A stretch of DNA of 63,992 nt, filler included, from Octopus bimaculoides (GCF_001194135.2; 7 parts of 7 records of this genome joined end to end with filler, not necessarily neighbours in it), one strand, 5' to 3'. Shown: positions 13,325 to 26,381, numbered from the whole stretch's first letter. Notes: generated by a model from the letters alone, not told the origin. Program-made: numbers and translations.

Positions 13325-13655
13325 TAGTTTTATTTTTATAACGTGCTTTCACTTCACTACCGAGCGCAGCTCTGTGTGCCTTGGGTATGTGCTGTGGTTT
13401 GCTGTGGTGCTCTTATGTTTACTGTATTGAAAGTGTTTTGCGTAGAATGTGTGCTGTACCCAGTAGTGCAATTTTCTGTATGTTATATATATTTGTAAGT
13501 CCTGGTATTTTTGTTATGTATTTGTCTGAATATTTGTTTATTATACCTAAGGCACCTACTATGATAGAAATTGTTTCTGTTTTTAGATTCCACATTCGAG
13601 TTATCTCTATTTCCAGGTCTTTGTATTTTGAAAGTTTTTCCATTTCTTTTAGAGA
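13322..13655 (-). mobile_element. R4/Dong-like LINE 3' end, third subfamily, ending in (AAT)n
   Basis: ORF 13419-13643 EKLSKYKDLEIEITRMWNLKTETISIIVGALG...IQKIALLGTAHILRKTL; about 7 differences in ~335 bp versus 28096-28428. Confidence 0.85.
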
Positions 13656-13862
13656 NNNNNNNNNNNNNNNNNNNNNNNNNNNNNNNNNNNNNNNNNNNNN
13701 NNNNNNNNNNNNNNNNNNNNNNNNNNNNNNNNNNNNNNNNNNNNNNNNNNNNNNNNNNNNNNNNNNNNNNNNNNNNNNNNNNNNNNNNNNNNNNNNNNNN
13801 NNNNNNNNNNNNNNNNNNNNNNNNNNNNNNNNNNNNNNNNNNNNNNNNNNNNNNNNNNNNNN

Positions 13863-13902
<40 letters not shown>

Positions 13903-13914
13903 CATTATTATTAA

Positions 13915-14045
13915 ATTCGCCGAGGTCATCTTTCCCTGTCATCCTTTCGATGTCGATTAATCAAATACCAGTAAAGCACTAGGGTCGATGTAATCAACTT
14001 ATTCCCCTCCCCCGAATTCCAGGCCTTGTGACTTAGTAGAAAGGA
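13915..14045 (+). mobile_element. SINE family B (Meta-domain-like) 3' fragment
   Basis: catcctttcgatgtcgatt...taccagt...gggtcgatgtaatc...ggccttgtg...tagtagaaagg matches family B. Confidence 0.65.
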
Positions 14046-14065
14046 TTATTATTATTATTATTATT

Positions 14066-14096
<31 letters not shown>

Positions 14097-14801
14097 CTAT
14101 TATTCAATACGGAATATAGAAGAAGTGTTTTCAAGCGCTCCAGGTTGGTACAGCAAAAAACATTGATTTACACCGGTTTGGTGCATTATATATAGCATTC
14201 CAAGTTGTCAACAGAAACACCAAGAACCTGTTACTGGTTTTCTACGGTTGTTTATCACCTCTAGATGCTATACTCGGCCCAACAAATAAGTTTGGTGAGC
14301 GTTTAATTTAATTTAGATAAACACAACTCAACCAGGTGGCAGAGCGTATATTGAAAGAGTAGCGAAAAAACAAAGCAACCCTTCCCATGAATCTGGTGAC
14401 TGTTGAAGATTTCCCTCCGCTTCTTTCCGTAACTGGTAACAATACAGGAGAAGGGGAAGAGAAAAGCGAGTGTGACAGTACAATTCCAACTCATAGTAAT
14501 AGCAGTGGTAGCAGTAACAGCAACAGCGGTTGGAGTGACAACAACAGAAGTAGCAACGGTGACAGCATCAGAAGCAGTAGTAGTAGTGGCAGCAACAACG
14601 AAAGAGATAGCAGCTGCAGCGGTAGTAGTGATAGCAAAAGTGACAACAGCAACAACAAAACCTATGGCAACAACATCGACAAGAACAACAACGTCAATAA
14701 TGGCAGCAGCCACAATGGCAGCAGCAACAAGAACAGCAACTACAACAAGAATGAGAACATTACCAAAAATATAAGCATGTTTGTAGCAGCAGCAGCAAAA
14801 A

Positions 14802-15728
14802 ATGGAACTCATAAGTAGGGACGAAATGCTAACGCAGGCATGGAAACTAATTAAACAAGAAAAGACATGGGCCAGTCTAACTGTTCCGTCAGAGGCAATT
14901 GAAGCAGTGGAGAGAGGAACTGTGCTTTTCAGATGCATCTCAGCGGAGACAAAACGAGCGGCTTTAATAGCCCAAATAGATATTGAGGCGGCGCTGAGGT
15001 GTATCAGAAATGACATCGAGTACATAGCAGAGGGGCAAACAATACGGCACCATTTCGGTGCTGTTTAAGTCAGAAGCCTTCGCTATGAAACTTTCAATGA
15101 TCCCTTGCAAAACCAGCAAAGTCATTATGTACCCCTCCCACATGGGGAAACGTACAGCATGTGTCCACATTCCTTGGATCCCACCAGGACTTCATATTTG
15201 GTGGTTTCTGTGATGCGTAATAGTAGGAGGGACGATACTGTCCCGATAGAGGTGACAAGAACTGCCAGGGAGAACAGGTCCGAGGTTGACCTGGAGATAC
15301 CTCTCCAGATCAGATCCGAAAACATAAAAAGAATTCTGGACAACATCTGTCTCCCGAATGGAACGACGATACACATTATGACTGAGGGCTAAAGGCTGCA
15401 TTGTTTCGCGTGTGGAGAAACGACTCGTATGCAAGCTCACTGCCTCCAACTGGTACAAATTTCAAGGGGTCAAATGACTCCATTGCCGCCTACGCCGGGA
15501 CGAGGACCAGAAACAACACCAGTACCGGCAAAACCACCAGCAACAACTCCGAAGACATTATCCGCCCTCGAGGAAAGCAAGCAAAGCTCTCCCACACCCG
15601 TTACACCAAACAAAAATATACACATAAACAAGGCTATAAGCATACGCATAAACACAGGCACACGTACAACAACAGAACGTTCATCTTCCAGTAGTGAAGC
15701 TGAAGGAAAACCAAAAGGTACAAAATAA
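14802..15728 (+). pseudogene. LINE ORF1 (gag-like) with degenerate CCHC knuckle CFACGETTRMQAHC
   Basis: ORFs 14802-15068, 15105-15392 and 15429-15728 share one frame, broken by two TAA stops; Cx2Cx4(R)x4C knuckle followed by a Pro/Thr-rich tail. Confidence 0.75.
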
Positions 15729-15789
15729 ACAAAAAAGAAAACACAAGAGAAAAACTCCACAAAGCACAACAATACCAACGATAAAAATT

Positions 15790-17223
15790 ACGGACACCAT
15801 CCACGAAGACATCTCCCTATTCTTGAGCCTTTATTGCAGAAGCTGGAGCTGCTGCAGGGCATCTCGCTTGAACCGGGACGCAAAAGGTCGTATGCAGATG
15901 ACATCACCGTGACGGTGTCGAACACCTCAAAAATCGAGGTGGTCGGCACATCATTGGAGGAATATTAAAAGTTGACGGGAGCAAAACTTAACCCGGAAAA
16001 GTCGTTGGGCTTGCAACTCGGGACCTGGAGAAGTAAATCCATACCGTCCAACAGCGTCGTTGGGCGCTAGATAGAAGGACCGGTAAAGTTGCTTGGGGTG
16101 TGGTTCGGACCAGAATTCCATGTGGATAAGAATTGGGACAAGGTGACGAGTAGGGTAGCCAGTCTCACCCAGAAATGATCTTCGAGAAAGCTGTCACTGA
16201 AAGGTCGGTTGGAGGTGGCGAATGCGTACATCGCGTCCGTCATCTTCTACTGCTTGACCGTCGTGCCTTGCTACCGTTCGCGCTTCCTCTTCAAATTTTT
16301 GTGGAAGGAACAGTTTCCGTTGGTGATGCAGTCTATCAGCTGCCAACACCCTCCACGCGCAGGGCATGTCGCGATTAATGATGCACAAACATGCGCTGAG
16401 ATTGCAGCATCTCCAGATATTCTGCTTAAATAGGGAACGGGTATGGTCGCCGCATGTCAAACATGTCTTTCTCCAACTCCTTGATTGAGCTGCAGTCCTG
16501 GGTCAAGAAGAGATCGAGGCAGGATGTCTGGCATCTGGAACGTTGCCAGGCACTTACTACCCTCTACTAGTCAGGTAATGCGATCAGTGGAACATTTACG
16601 CTTGAGTTCTATAGTTGTTTACTGGGGGGAAAGAACGATGTCGTACTTGGAGAGATGCTAGACGTTGACGAAGTTGAACTGACCAGTCTGTTCAGGAGGA
16701 CTTTCGAGCCGGGGACGATGGATAACTTCCAGAAATCCCTAGCTTGGAAGTTCTACCGTGGGGTACTCCCGGTTCGAGATAAGCTCTACAGGCACGGAAA
16801 TACTGTCAGACGGACCTGCGCGAGGTGCGCTCAGAACGACGAAATCGTTCTGCCCACACTTGTCCAGTGTCCTTCCATTATTGACTTGTGGAATTATATT
16901 GAACAGCTGTTATCACGTGTAGGACGGATCTGGCTATCCATAGTAAAATTGATCCGCCGCCTTCCATTGATCCGCAAGGGTAGACAATTTCCCTTTATAT
17001 GATAGCAGTAGCGAAAGAGGTTTTATGGCGGACCAGGTTGAAAGGACTGAAGACAGACACTTTTCTCATCAGCCAATCCCTTATGAACTTTTTCGAATTT
17101 CACTTGGAAAGGAAAATGAGGGTGGAGAGAGAAGTGTTGTCCCCCAGTACATCTGCTAAAAGGTGGGTGAACGTAGTGAATATGGCCCGTGTTAGTGAAC
17201 CTTCTCCAGTAATGCGCCTTTAG
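15790..17223 (+). pseudogene. L1/Tx1 ORF2 remnant: RT palm/thumb plus C-terminal zinc-binding region
   Basis: LEPLLQKL..SYADDITVTVS..KLTGAKLNPEKS..VKLLGVWFG..RKLSLKGRLEVANAYIAS; LAWKFYRGVLPVRDKLYRHG..CARC; multiple stops and frameshifts. Confidence 0.85.
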
Positions 17224-17412
17224 GCTAGTGATTTGAAGAGGAGAAGGGTGCCCTTCCCGGGTGCCCTCGAAGCGTCGAGTAGTTCAGGATTGGTGGGGTA
17301 CCTGAGCCAACTCCAGGCGGTTACCCTCAATTGGGGAACTTTCAGTACTATATTCTTTGTGTTTGATATTATTGCTATTGTTTTAATTGTGTACTCATTG
17401 TTTTGTGTAAAA

Positions 17413-17740
17413 TCCCCACTGTCCATCACTACGAGGTGGAGTTTGTGCTGGAACAGTTTCGTTTTTCTCCTCCCATCCACCTATATTGTTGCCAGTTGTG
17501 CAAGGAAGAGGAGGGAAATCGTCAACCGTCACCCGATTTCTGAAAGGGGTTGGTTTGTTTTTCTTGCCTTTTTCAAGACGCACTCCGCCATCTTGTAGAG
17601 TTGTGTTTGTTTAAATTAAATTGTCTAAATTAAACGCCCACCGAACTTATTTGGTGTGCCGAAATATGGCTCCTAGAGGGGATAAACATCCGTCGAAAAC
17701 CAGTCACAGGTTCCTGATGTTTCTATTGACAACTTGGAAT
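17413..17740 (-). mobile_element. Inverted second copy of the Tx1-like 5' UTR and ORF1 start
   Basis: Reverse complement aligns to 14197-14508; contains caagATGGCGG and encodes VTVDDFPPL..GNN.G..EEK.E. Confidence 0.85.
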
Positions 17741-18449
17741 AAAATAAATAATGTAAATAAACAGCAAACACCTTTTACTCTCATCTTAAGATCAGACTGT
17801 CATCTTTTAATCAAATTACTTTGAAAACAAACTTCTAATTTACTTATATTTTGACAGACATTCTCTAGAACAAAACTCTGTAAAAAAAACAAATAATGGC
17901 ACCCTAATCATGACACCAACTTGAACCCCTAACCTGTTGTCTCATGAGATCTCTGGGTGACTTGAAGGAAACGGCCTTCTAACGAAAATAATCACAAAAA
18001 CAAAATTTGAATGCCATACAAAGCACAGTTTCTCCTATGCACGATGTCTCAGTGAACACACACACGAAATCAACATCAGAAAGTTTACAAATTATAAAAC
18101 ATAAATGGAACAAAACTGTAAGTACATAAATTGAGTAATTACACATACACTCGAATGTCTACACAATCATATATATTTTTTAATGTCCATAGGACTACAC
18201 ATACATATCAATGTTTACACAAGTACGTGAAATTTACAGGACACATACACGCATATGAAAACACGTGTCACAAACGAATCAAAAACAAGAACTATTTTTT
18301 ATTCTTTTAACTAGCGCGCAGAGTGAACAATTTATAAGTGTTAAAACACCACAAAAAAGTATACCCGCAGATAAATCAATCAACAAAACCAAAATACAGA
18401 CGAATACAGATCTGTTAGCCTTACGAAACTACGTTACGAGTAATGTTTT

Positions 18450-19110
18450 CATGCAGAGAACTCGGAGGTAGTGTTGTCTCAAAACATTAACCCTAAACAG
18501 AAAGATCCGTCTCTTAATGTCAACGTCCAAGCTCGTCAGGCATCAATGATAACAAAGCAAAATACAAACCGATTCTACCGTCACCCGGAACACCAAGGAC
18601 TGCATAGTCGAATGATTCGAAACATCAGCTACTGGTTCAAATCTTCCCGAAACACAGGAGCTGGAAATACTCCACAACCGGAATATTCCAACAGATGGCC
18701 ATCCACGCTCGTCATCAAATAACCAAAGCAAAAAGAATGAAAAATGGTCAAGGAAAGATAATAAAGAAGTACATACGGCCTTCTATCATGCCATATATTT
18801 CCCCCAAATAAATCTAACACTGTACAAACCTACTTAAACTGGAGACAGAAACATCTTGAAGTAAAACCCTACATAGACAGTAACAAACTTGTCGATGTCA
18901 GAAGAAACATTATGAAAAAGAAATTACGAACTGAATTAATGATTGACCAAATTAAACAATCAGTAAGGGATAAAAGGAACGATACTACAGAGGAAATAAT
19001 TATTGACCAACCCAGGGCTGAGGAAAATGCAATTGATGTACAATACGGTTATAAAATGTTTGATAAAAATATAAATCATCTCATTAACATGAATGATTTA
19101 AAGCACTTTT
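18450..19110 (+). mobile_element. R4/Dong-like LINE, N-terminal region joined to RT motif C
   Basis: KWSRKDNKEVHTAFYHA..KLVDVRRNIMKKK..IDQIK (R4-type N-terminus) then INHLINMNDLKHF (cf. INHLLYMDDLKL). Confidence 0.65.
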
Positions 19111-19505
19111 TTTTTAATCGCCCTCAAGACTTTATTAGTACTTTATTTTACCGTCTCCGAATTGGTGAAAGGTTAAGTTGACGTCGGTGCTGCTTGGACT
19201 CGCAACCTAAGGAGCCAGCACAAATACCACCTTACATTTTTTTTTCTTTTTGTGGTATTCTAACGACACTTGCTTAGGCACTGCCCATGTTAATAGTTTC
19301 TACTTTAAGCTCAAGGCCACCAATTTTACAGGGGAGGACATTAATGGAACGGTACTTTGAACGGTACTTTATTTCACCGACCCCGGAGTGATAAACTACA
19401 AGGCCTAACCTCGGTGATATTTGAACTCACAAGGTGAACAGCCGGAATAATTATCTCGAGATGTTCATACCAACGCTCTAATCATTCTGCCTACTTACTG
19501 CCCAC
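19110..19505 (-). mobile_element. Two degraded SINE family B copies
   Basis: tactttatt..accg...aaggttaagttgacgtcggtg and aaggcc..tactttatttcaccgacccc..acctcggtgatatttgaactc. Confidence 0.5.
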
Positions 19506-19509
19506 CTTA

Positions 19510-19569
<60 letters not shown>

Positions 19570-19632
19570 CAAGTGTTCTACGTTATTGTATAGAATGTTT
19601 TGTATAAACCAAAACAACCATAAGTCATATAT

Positions 19633-19663
<31 letters not shown>

Positions 19664-20353
19664 NNNNNNNNNNNNNNNNNNNNNNNNNNNNNNNNNNNNN
19701 NNNNNNNNNNNNNNNNNNNNNNNNNNNNNNNNNNNNNNNNNNNNNNNNNNNNNNNNNNNNNNNNNNNNNNNNNNNNNNNNNNNNNNNNNNNNNNNNNNNN
19801 NNNNNNNNNNNNNNNNNNNNNNNNNNNNNNNNNNNNNNNNNNNNNNNNNNNNNNNNNNNNNNNNNNNNNNNNNNNNNNNNNNNNNNNNNNNNNNNNNNNN
19901 NNNNNNNNNNNNNNNNNNNNNNNNNNNNNNNNNNNNNNNNNNNNNNNNNNNNNNNNNNNNNNNNNNNNNNNNNNNNNNNNNNNNNNNNNNNNNNNNNNNN
20001 NNNNNNNNNNNNNNNNNNNNNNNNNNNNNNNNNNNNNNNNNNNNNNNNNNNNNNNNNNNNNNNNNNNNNNNNNNNNNNNNNNNNNNNNNNNNNNNNNNNN
20101 NNNNNNNNNNNNNNNNNNNNNNNNNNNNNNNNNNNNNNNNNNNNNNNNNNNNNNNNNNNNNNNNNNNNNNNNNNNNNNNNNNNNNNNNNNNNNNNNNNNN
20201 NNNNNNNNNNNNNNNNNNNNNNNNNNNNNNNNNNNNNNNNNNNNNNNNNNNNNNNNNNNNNNNNNNNNNNNNNNNNNNNNNNNNNNNNNNNNNNNNNNNN
20301 NNNNNNNNNNNNNNNNNNNNNNNNNNNNNNNNNNNNNNNNNNNNNNNNNNNNN

Positions 20354-20388
<35 letters not shown>

Positions 20389-20710
20389 GTAAATATGTAT
20401 GTATGCACCTAACATACGTATGCCTAATATTTCTGAAATCTATATAATTACATCTGTATAATTTCATCAAGTTTAAACTTTAAAATTAAAATTGTTGATA
20501 GACAATGTAAACCAATTTTGAAATATCTAAAACTCTGACATTAGCACAAGATATATTTTCATTGATTAATTATATTAAATATTTGAATTATCAGAAAATT
20601 TCCATTTTTATTTCTATTTATTTATTTTTTTGCTTCTATTTATTGTTGTAAGTAGAAGTAACATTTCTAAATCCATATAAATCTTGGTGTTATAGTGCTG
20701 CAATTATATG

Positions 20711-21120
20711 TAGGTGCAAGTGAAATTGTGTGGTAACAAGCTTGCTTACAGGCCACATAGTTCCCGGTTCAAGTGCGTGGAACCTTGGGGAAGTGTTTTC
20801 TTTTATAGCCCCAGGCTGACCAGAGCCTTGTGAATGAATTTGTTATATAGAAATGAAAGAAGCCCGTCATATATATAACATATATATGTGGATGTGTGTG
20901 TGTGAGTGTATGTGAGGACATATATGTAAATGTGCACATATATACATACATAATATATACGTATATATATATACATATACACAGATATATATGTTTGTGT
21001 TGAGTTTGTCACTTCACCACCGATTGGGAATCGGTGTTGGCTTCTTTACGTCTCCGTAATCTAGTGGCTCGATAAAAGATATCGATAGAATAATTACCAA
21101 GCTTTAAAAAGGCGGTACTG
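20711..21120 (+). mobile_element. SINE family A, degraded (head 20711-20870, tail ~21005-21120)
   Basis: gtgtggtaacaagcttgctt..ccggttcaag..accttggggaagtg..ccttgtgaatgaatttg. Confidence 0.65.
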
Positions 21121-21299
21121 CTGTCATGATGTAGTATTACCTTCTTCAAAGACTGGAACAAGTGTAAGATAAGATATACTATAATCTAAAGATTTTGGTC
21201 TTATCATAGTTGTAATCTTCAGTTATCTACTGCTACATAATCTACATCGCGTAAAGTACATTTTGTCGCGAATATAAAGACAGTGGTCCTCAGTATGCT

Positions 21300-22040
21300 T
21301 CACTCAGCCGTTATTTAGGATGTAACCATAGCAACGATGAATATTCTATGCAAACATGTGTGTGCATACAGGACAGAATAGTGTAATCGACATGCACAAA
21401 GAAGTCAGACGGAAGACCGTCTAATTAAAATCAATTTTAAAAAACAATTTTAACGAAGCAGATTATGAGCTAACGCAAAATACTAAGAAAACTCAGGTCG
21501 AGGAACCTGGTCTATCTCTCCTCCGACAAAGGGTAAAGAATGTTGTGTCAACCCACAAAGCATATACAATAACCTAGCTTTTCAATACCTCAACAAAAAC
21601 AGAATCTATACAAAAGTAACTGGAGTTACTGCATCTCTGCTGCAGGAGCTGATAAACAACACCTGGACCAACATCTGCAATCGAAACAAACTTCCAACGA
21701 GAGTCAAAAAGAACTTCATCCATTGCAAGTCAGCCCTCTTCATCAGGGCTAAGACCGGTAACACACAAAAGGAGATCGCCCGTATACACAACAGATGCAG
21801 ATACACAGGTTTCACAGTTCCTCAAGAACAGATACCCAGCATCCGTTACAAACACCCTACACGGATACAAGCCAAATAAACGTAGTAATTAGAAACTCGT
21901 TACAATCTGCTTCCTGAGGATTCCCCACTTTAACGAGAGGGGTACCGTTCCACTCCGTGAGGCCATCCGTAGGGATGGCCACGACATCCTATTAGCCCAC
22001 TCAAGATCGTCCCTGCATCGATACCTGTCAAAGTGAATGA
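21300..22040 (+). mobile_element. Penelope-like RT remnant, internally deleted
   Basis: RKILRKLRSRNLVYLSSDKG (PLE pre-RT DKG motif), then thumb/linker-like FIRAKT..RYTGF and IPHFNERG..AIRRDG.DI.LAH..SLHRYLSK*. Confidence 0.6.
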
Positions 22041-22172
22041 AATACATTGCTCACCGACAGATGCACAAAAAGTGTAAGAAAAGCCTTTAAAAAAGTACGG
22101 TAACTTAATCTAACGGAGACGACTAATCACAAACTTATGTTTCTGTCAGTATATTCCGTGTAAAAACTACAC

Positions 22173-22179
22173 GTACAAA

Positions 22180-22269
<90 letters not shown>

Positions 22270-22277
22270 TGTGTGTA
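22173..22277. repeat. (TG)n microsatellite
   Basis: Direct reading. Confidence 0.95.
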
Positions 22278-22765
22278 CAGTGTACGGTTTCGTTATTGGT
22301 AGGATCGTAGGATCAACAACACAAGTATCTAGTGAGAAATAAATATCATTAAATAAACACACGATTTAAATGCCATACTCGGATTGTACAATAACCAAGC
22401 AAGGATTTATTGCGTGACATATACTATCCCGCAATCGCGGTGGATCAAAATAAACATGTCAGATTATTGTACAATCTGCGTATGCAAAGATATAGTAGCA
22501 CGCATTTAAATCCTGTATGTGTATGTCTCGTTTCTCTGTTTGCTTTTTTCGTTGTTCGAAAAAGAAGTTCGTTTTTTATGTTTTTGTTTTTTATGTTTTC
22601 GTTTCTCATTGTGTTCAACGTACTTTTGATGTCCTGTACCCATATATGCATGTATATATACATATATATGTAGGTATGTACATATATGTATGGATATATG
22701 CATATATTTATATATTATTTATATTATTATATGCTCGAACGCCACGCAACCTTTTCCAAGTGAGT

Positions 22766-22801
<36 letters not shown>

Positions 22802-22901
22802 ATATATATATATATATATATATACCGAATACAAGGGACTTTTAGATTGTATCATTCTTGGCATTATATTGTGTTGACATCTCTTTTATATATATGTATG
22901 T

Positions 22902-23286
22902 GGAGGCGCAATGGCCCAGTGGTTAGGGCAGCGGACTCGCGGTCATAGGATCGCGGTTTCGATTACCAGACCGGGCATTGTGAGTGCTTATTGAGCGAAA
23001 ACACCTAAAGCTCCCCGAAACTCCGGCAAGGGGTGGTGGCGAACCCTGCTGTATTCTTTCACCACAACTTTCTCTCACTCTTCCTTCCTGCTTCTCTTGT
23101 GCCTGTAGTTCAAAGGGTCAGCCTTGTCACACTGTGCCACGCTGAATATCCCCGAGAACTATGTTAAGGGTACACGTGTCTGTGGAGTGCTCAGCCACTT
23201 ACACGTTAATTTCACGAGCAGGCTGTTCCGTTGATCGGATCAACTGGAACCCTCGACGTCGTAAGCGACGGAGTGCCAACAACAAT
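22902..23286 (+). mobile_element. tRNA-derived SINE family C, full length
   Basis: Head ggaggcgcaatggcccagtggttagg..gtttcgatt; hairpin tail gttccgttgatcggatcaactggaac; (CAA)n end; second copy at 43208-43594. Confidence 0.9.
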
Positions 23287-23776
23287 GGTATGTATATATT
23301 ATAAACCAGACCGTTTTAGTCATTAAAATAACTTTTCATAGTATTTCTTTATTCCTTTTCTTTTCCTTTATTGTCTCTATATTTCCATGTCCCACCTTTA
23401 AAAAAGCTTGAAAAAGAAATGTCGAAAGTTTGACGTGGAATTATTTCAAAAGCAAGAAATCCGGTTTTAGGTTTTATGGTACAGTACCTTTCGCCGAAGA
23501 TTAACTTAACTATAGATGTAAGGTCTAAAACGGTAAATAATAGATGCAAGGGCGAACATTCATCTCTTTTTGCCTGCTGCTGTCATATTAGCCATTGATG
23601 AGATACTCCACTCCAGATCAGTAGTAGCACTGACGATGTATTTCGCTGACATATACTTATTTATTTGTGATTAGTATTTCCTTTCTTTCTCTAGCTTCGC
23701 TGCCATAGTGGAATCTATATATGTCTTTATGTATATGCATGTACGTATATTTAACATATGTTCACGTAATAGCGTT

Positions 23777-24177
23777 ATATATATATATATATATATATAT
23801 ATATNNNNNNNNNNNNNNNNNNNNNNNNNNNNNNNNNNNNNNNNNNNNNNNNNNNNNNNNNNNNNNNNNNNNNNNNNNNNNNNNNNNNNNNNNNNNNNNN
23901 NNNNNNNNNNNNNNNNNNNNNNNNNNNNNNNNNNNNNNNNNNNNNNNNNNNNNNNNNNNNNNNNNNNNNNNNNNNNNNNNNNNNNNNNNNNNNNNNNNNN
24001 NNNNNNNNNNNNNNNNNNNNNACATGTACATACATAATACATACACACGTATATATGTATATGTATATATATATATGCATATATATATGTATGTATATGC
24101 ATATATATATATGTGTGTATGTATATGTGTATATATATGCATATATATATGTATATATATGTATATATATGTATATG

Positions 24178-24241
<64 letters not shown>

Positions 24242-24271
24242 GGTATGTATATATGTATATATATATGTATA

Positions 24272-24305
<34 letters not shown>

Positions 24306-24440
24306 TATATATATGCATATGTATTGTATGTATGTATATGTATATATATATGTACATATATGTATGCATGTATGTAGGTATGTATGTATGTATGTCTATG
24401 TATGTATGTATATGTATATACATGTGTATGTATATATGTA
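23777..24440. repeat. (TA)/(TATG)/(TGCA) compound microsatellite with gap
   Basis: Direct reading; source of YI/HI-repeat ORFs. Confidence 0.9.
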
Positions 24441-25465
24441 ATAATGAATCCATAAAGATAAATATTTTGTTTCACCCGACAGCGAAATGGATATGAAGTT
24501 TACAGAACTCACTATTATGGGGAAAAGGTACTTATATATATATATATNNNNNNNNNNNNNNNNNNNNNNNNNNNNNNNNNNNNNNNNNNNNNNNNNNNNN
24601 NNNNNNNNNNNNNNNNNNNNNNNNNNNNNNNNNNNNNNNNNNNNNNNNNNNNNNNNNNNNNNNNNNNNNNNNNNNNNNNNNNNNNNNNNNNNNNNNNNNN
24701 NNNNNNNNNNNNNNNNNNNNNNNNNNNNNNNNNNNNNNNNNNNNNNNNNNNNNNNNNNNNNNNNNNNNNNNNNNNNNNNNNNNNNNNNNNNNNNNNNNNN
24801 NNNNNNNNNNNNNNNNNNNNNNNNNNNNNNNNNNNNNNNNNNNNNNNNNNNNNNNNNNNNNNNNNNNNNNNNNNNNNNNNNNNNNNNNNNNNNNNNNNNN
24901 NNNNTTATATATCAAAGAAGTTTATTACACGAAGATATTTTTAACTTGAATGTATTCTGTCCGTTGTGTTTAAACATTAATATCGCAAAAACGAAGTTGT
25001 TCTCTGGTAACATGCGCTTTTATAGTAATAGCAATTTTCTTTTGGTTTTTAAGCCAGTCTCTATATGAGATAGATTTTTTTCTAACTCTTAATACCTCTT
25101 AAGTGAGAATCTCATTGAATTTCGTTTTAAGTTAAACATTTTGACTCTGTTTATCACGTAACTAGAACACGTTCCCTTTTCTTCTGTTTTCGTAAACATC
25201 ACGATCTCTCATCTTTTTTGTAACAAATTTTCGTTTTGCTCCCCACTGATCATTGTATGACCTTTAGAATTATCTTTATAAACAGTATTATCGAAATAAC
25301 TGTACTTCGCTTTCTTTCTAAACTTCCCGCTTCACGTTTATTCTAAATTGTACTCTTTCTAAATCCTTCATTAACCTTTATATTATATTGTACTCTTATT
25401 TTGTATTGTTTTCTACGGGAACCGTTTCTTTATTTTTCCCATGTAATAGATCTCTGTCTCTCTCA

Positions 25466-25538
<73 letters not shown>

Positions 25539-26344
25539 TTTCGTAAACACTTTCATTCGTTCTCTCTCACCTCTTTTATTTAACATTTTGTTGGGAATAG
25601 TCACTTTTCCTGTTTTCCTTAGTAACTCCCCTACCTTTTGCAAACGTTGCACTTATTGAATCTTTCGCTACTAAGCAATATCTCACACTTCTTTATATTA
25701 CGAAATATCAAGTGATGAACACCAATAGCTGTAAATTTGTACTGAGCAAGACTGGCGCTTAGAAACTGCAAAAAATGCTTCGAAATTAGCAAATCGTGGA
25801 ACTCAGTCTGTTTCATCAAGCGTAGATCGTACCTGAAGGATTACCGTCGAACGACAAAAAGTATTTTCCAATAACCACTAGTACAGGAAGATCTATGACG
25901 GACGTTCGATTAAAATATCACACAGATAGCGCCCAATATAAAATGCATTATCCTCGTAAGCAACACCAAGTGTCCATTCTCATTTTAACTGGTGAGACCT
26001 CGAAGCTCGTCCAGCTGTTTAAACGTGTTAGATAAATTATATTGTATATGATGTAGAAGTCACAGCACCACTTCAAGATAACCTAACCGAAGAGAAAAAC
26101 TACATCGGGTTATGCGAAGGCGTTATGCAAACCACCTATCTTCTTTCTGGTGCATCCACAAAAGTAAAGCCACTAAGTTGGCTAGCCATGTGTTGAGTTT
26201 GAAGACTGACTGCGCACCACATACCAGCAAGTGGAAAAGGCTTGTCAGTTTGTATATATTGCGCTTCTTACAGCATTAAGAGTTTTTAACTCACATTTTT
26301 TGCAATATAGGATCTTCGGCACACCCTCAGTCAGAAGTAGTGAC

Positions 26345-26381
<37 letters not shown>

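Larger units (their letters stand above)
14197..17230 (+). mobile_element. Decayed L1/Tx1-clade LINE (5' UTR, ORF1 with zinc knuckle, internally deleted ORF2)
   Basis: ORF1 frame 14802-15728, ORF2 RT with YADD at 15891-15902, C-terminal zf-RVT-like CxxC region 16740-16870. Confidence 0.85.

Noticed and set aside
17670-17712. Hammerhead-like GAAAACCAGTC in the outer part of the Tx1 inverted arms
   Set aside because: There is no CUGANGA core and no stem I partner in either arm.
21902-22036. PLE ORF stopping before GIY-YIG as an endonuclease-less Penelope lineage
   Set aside because: The copy is decayed and internally deleted, so the stop may be a mutation or truncation; a consensus is needed.
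22902-22975. tRNA-like sequences as functional tRNA genes
   Set aside because: All continue into SINE bodies and lack a complete cloverleaf acceptor stem and terminator.
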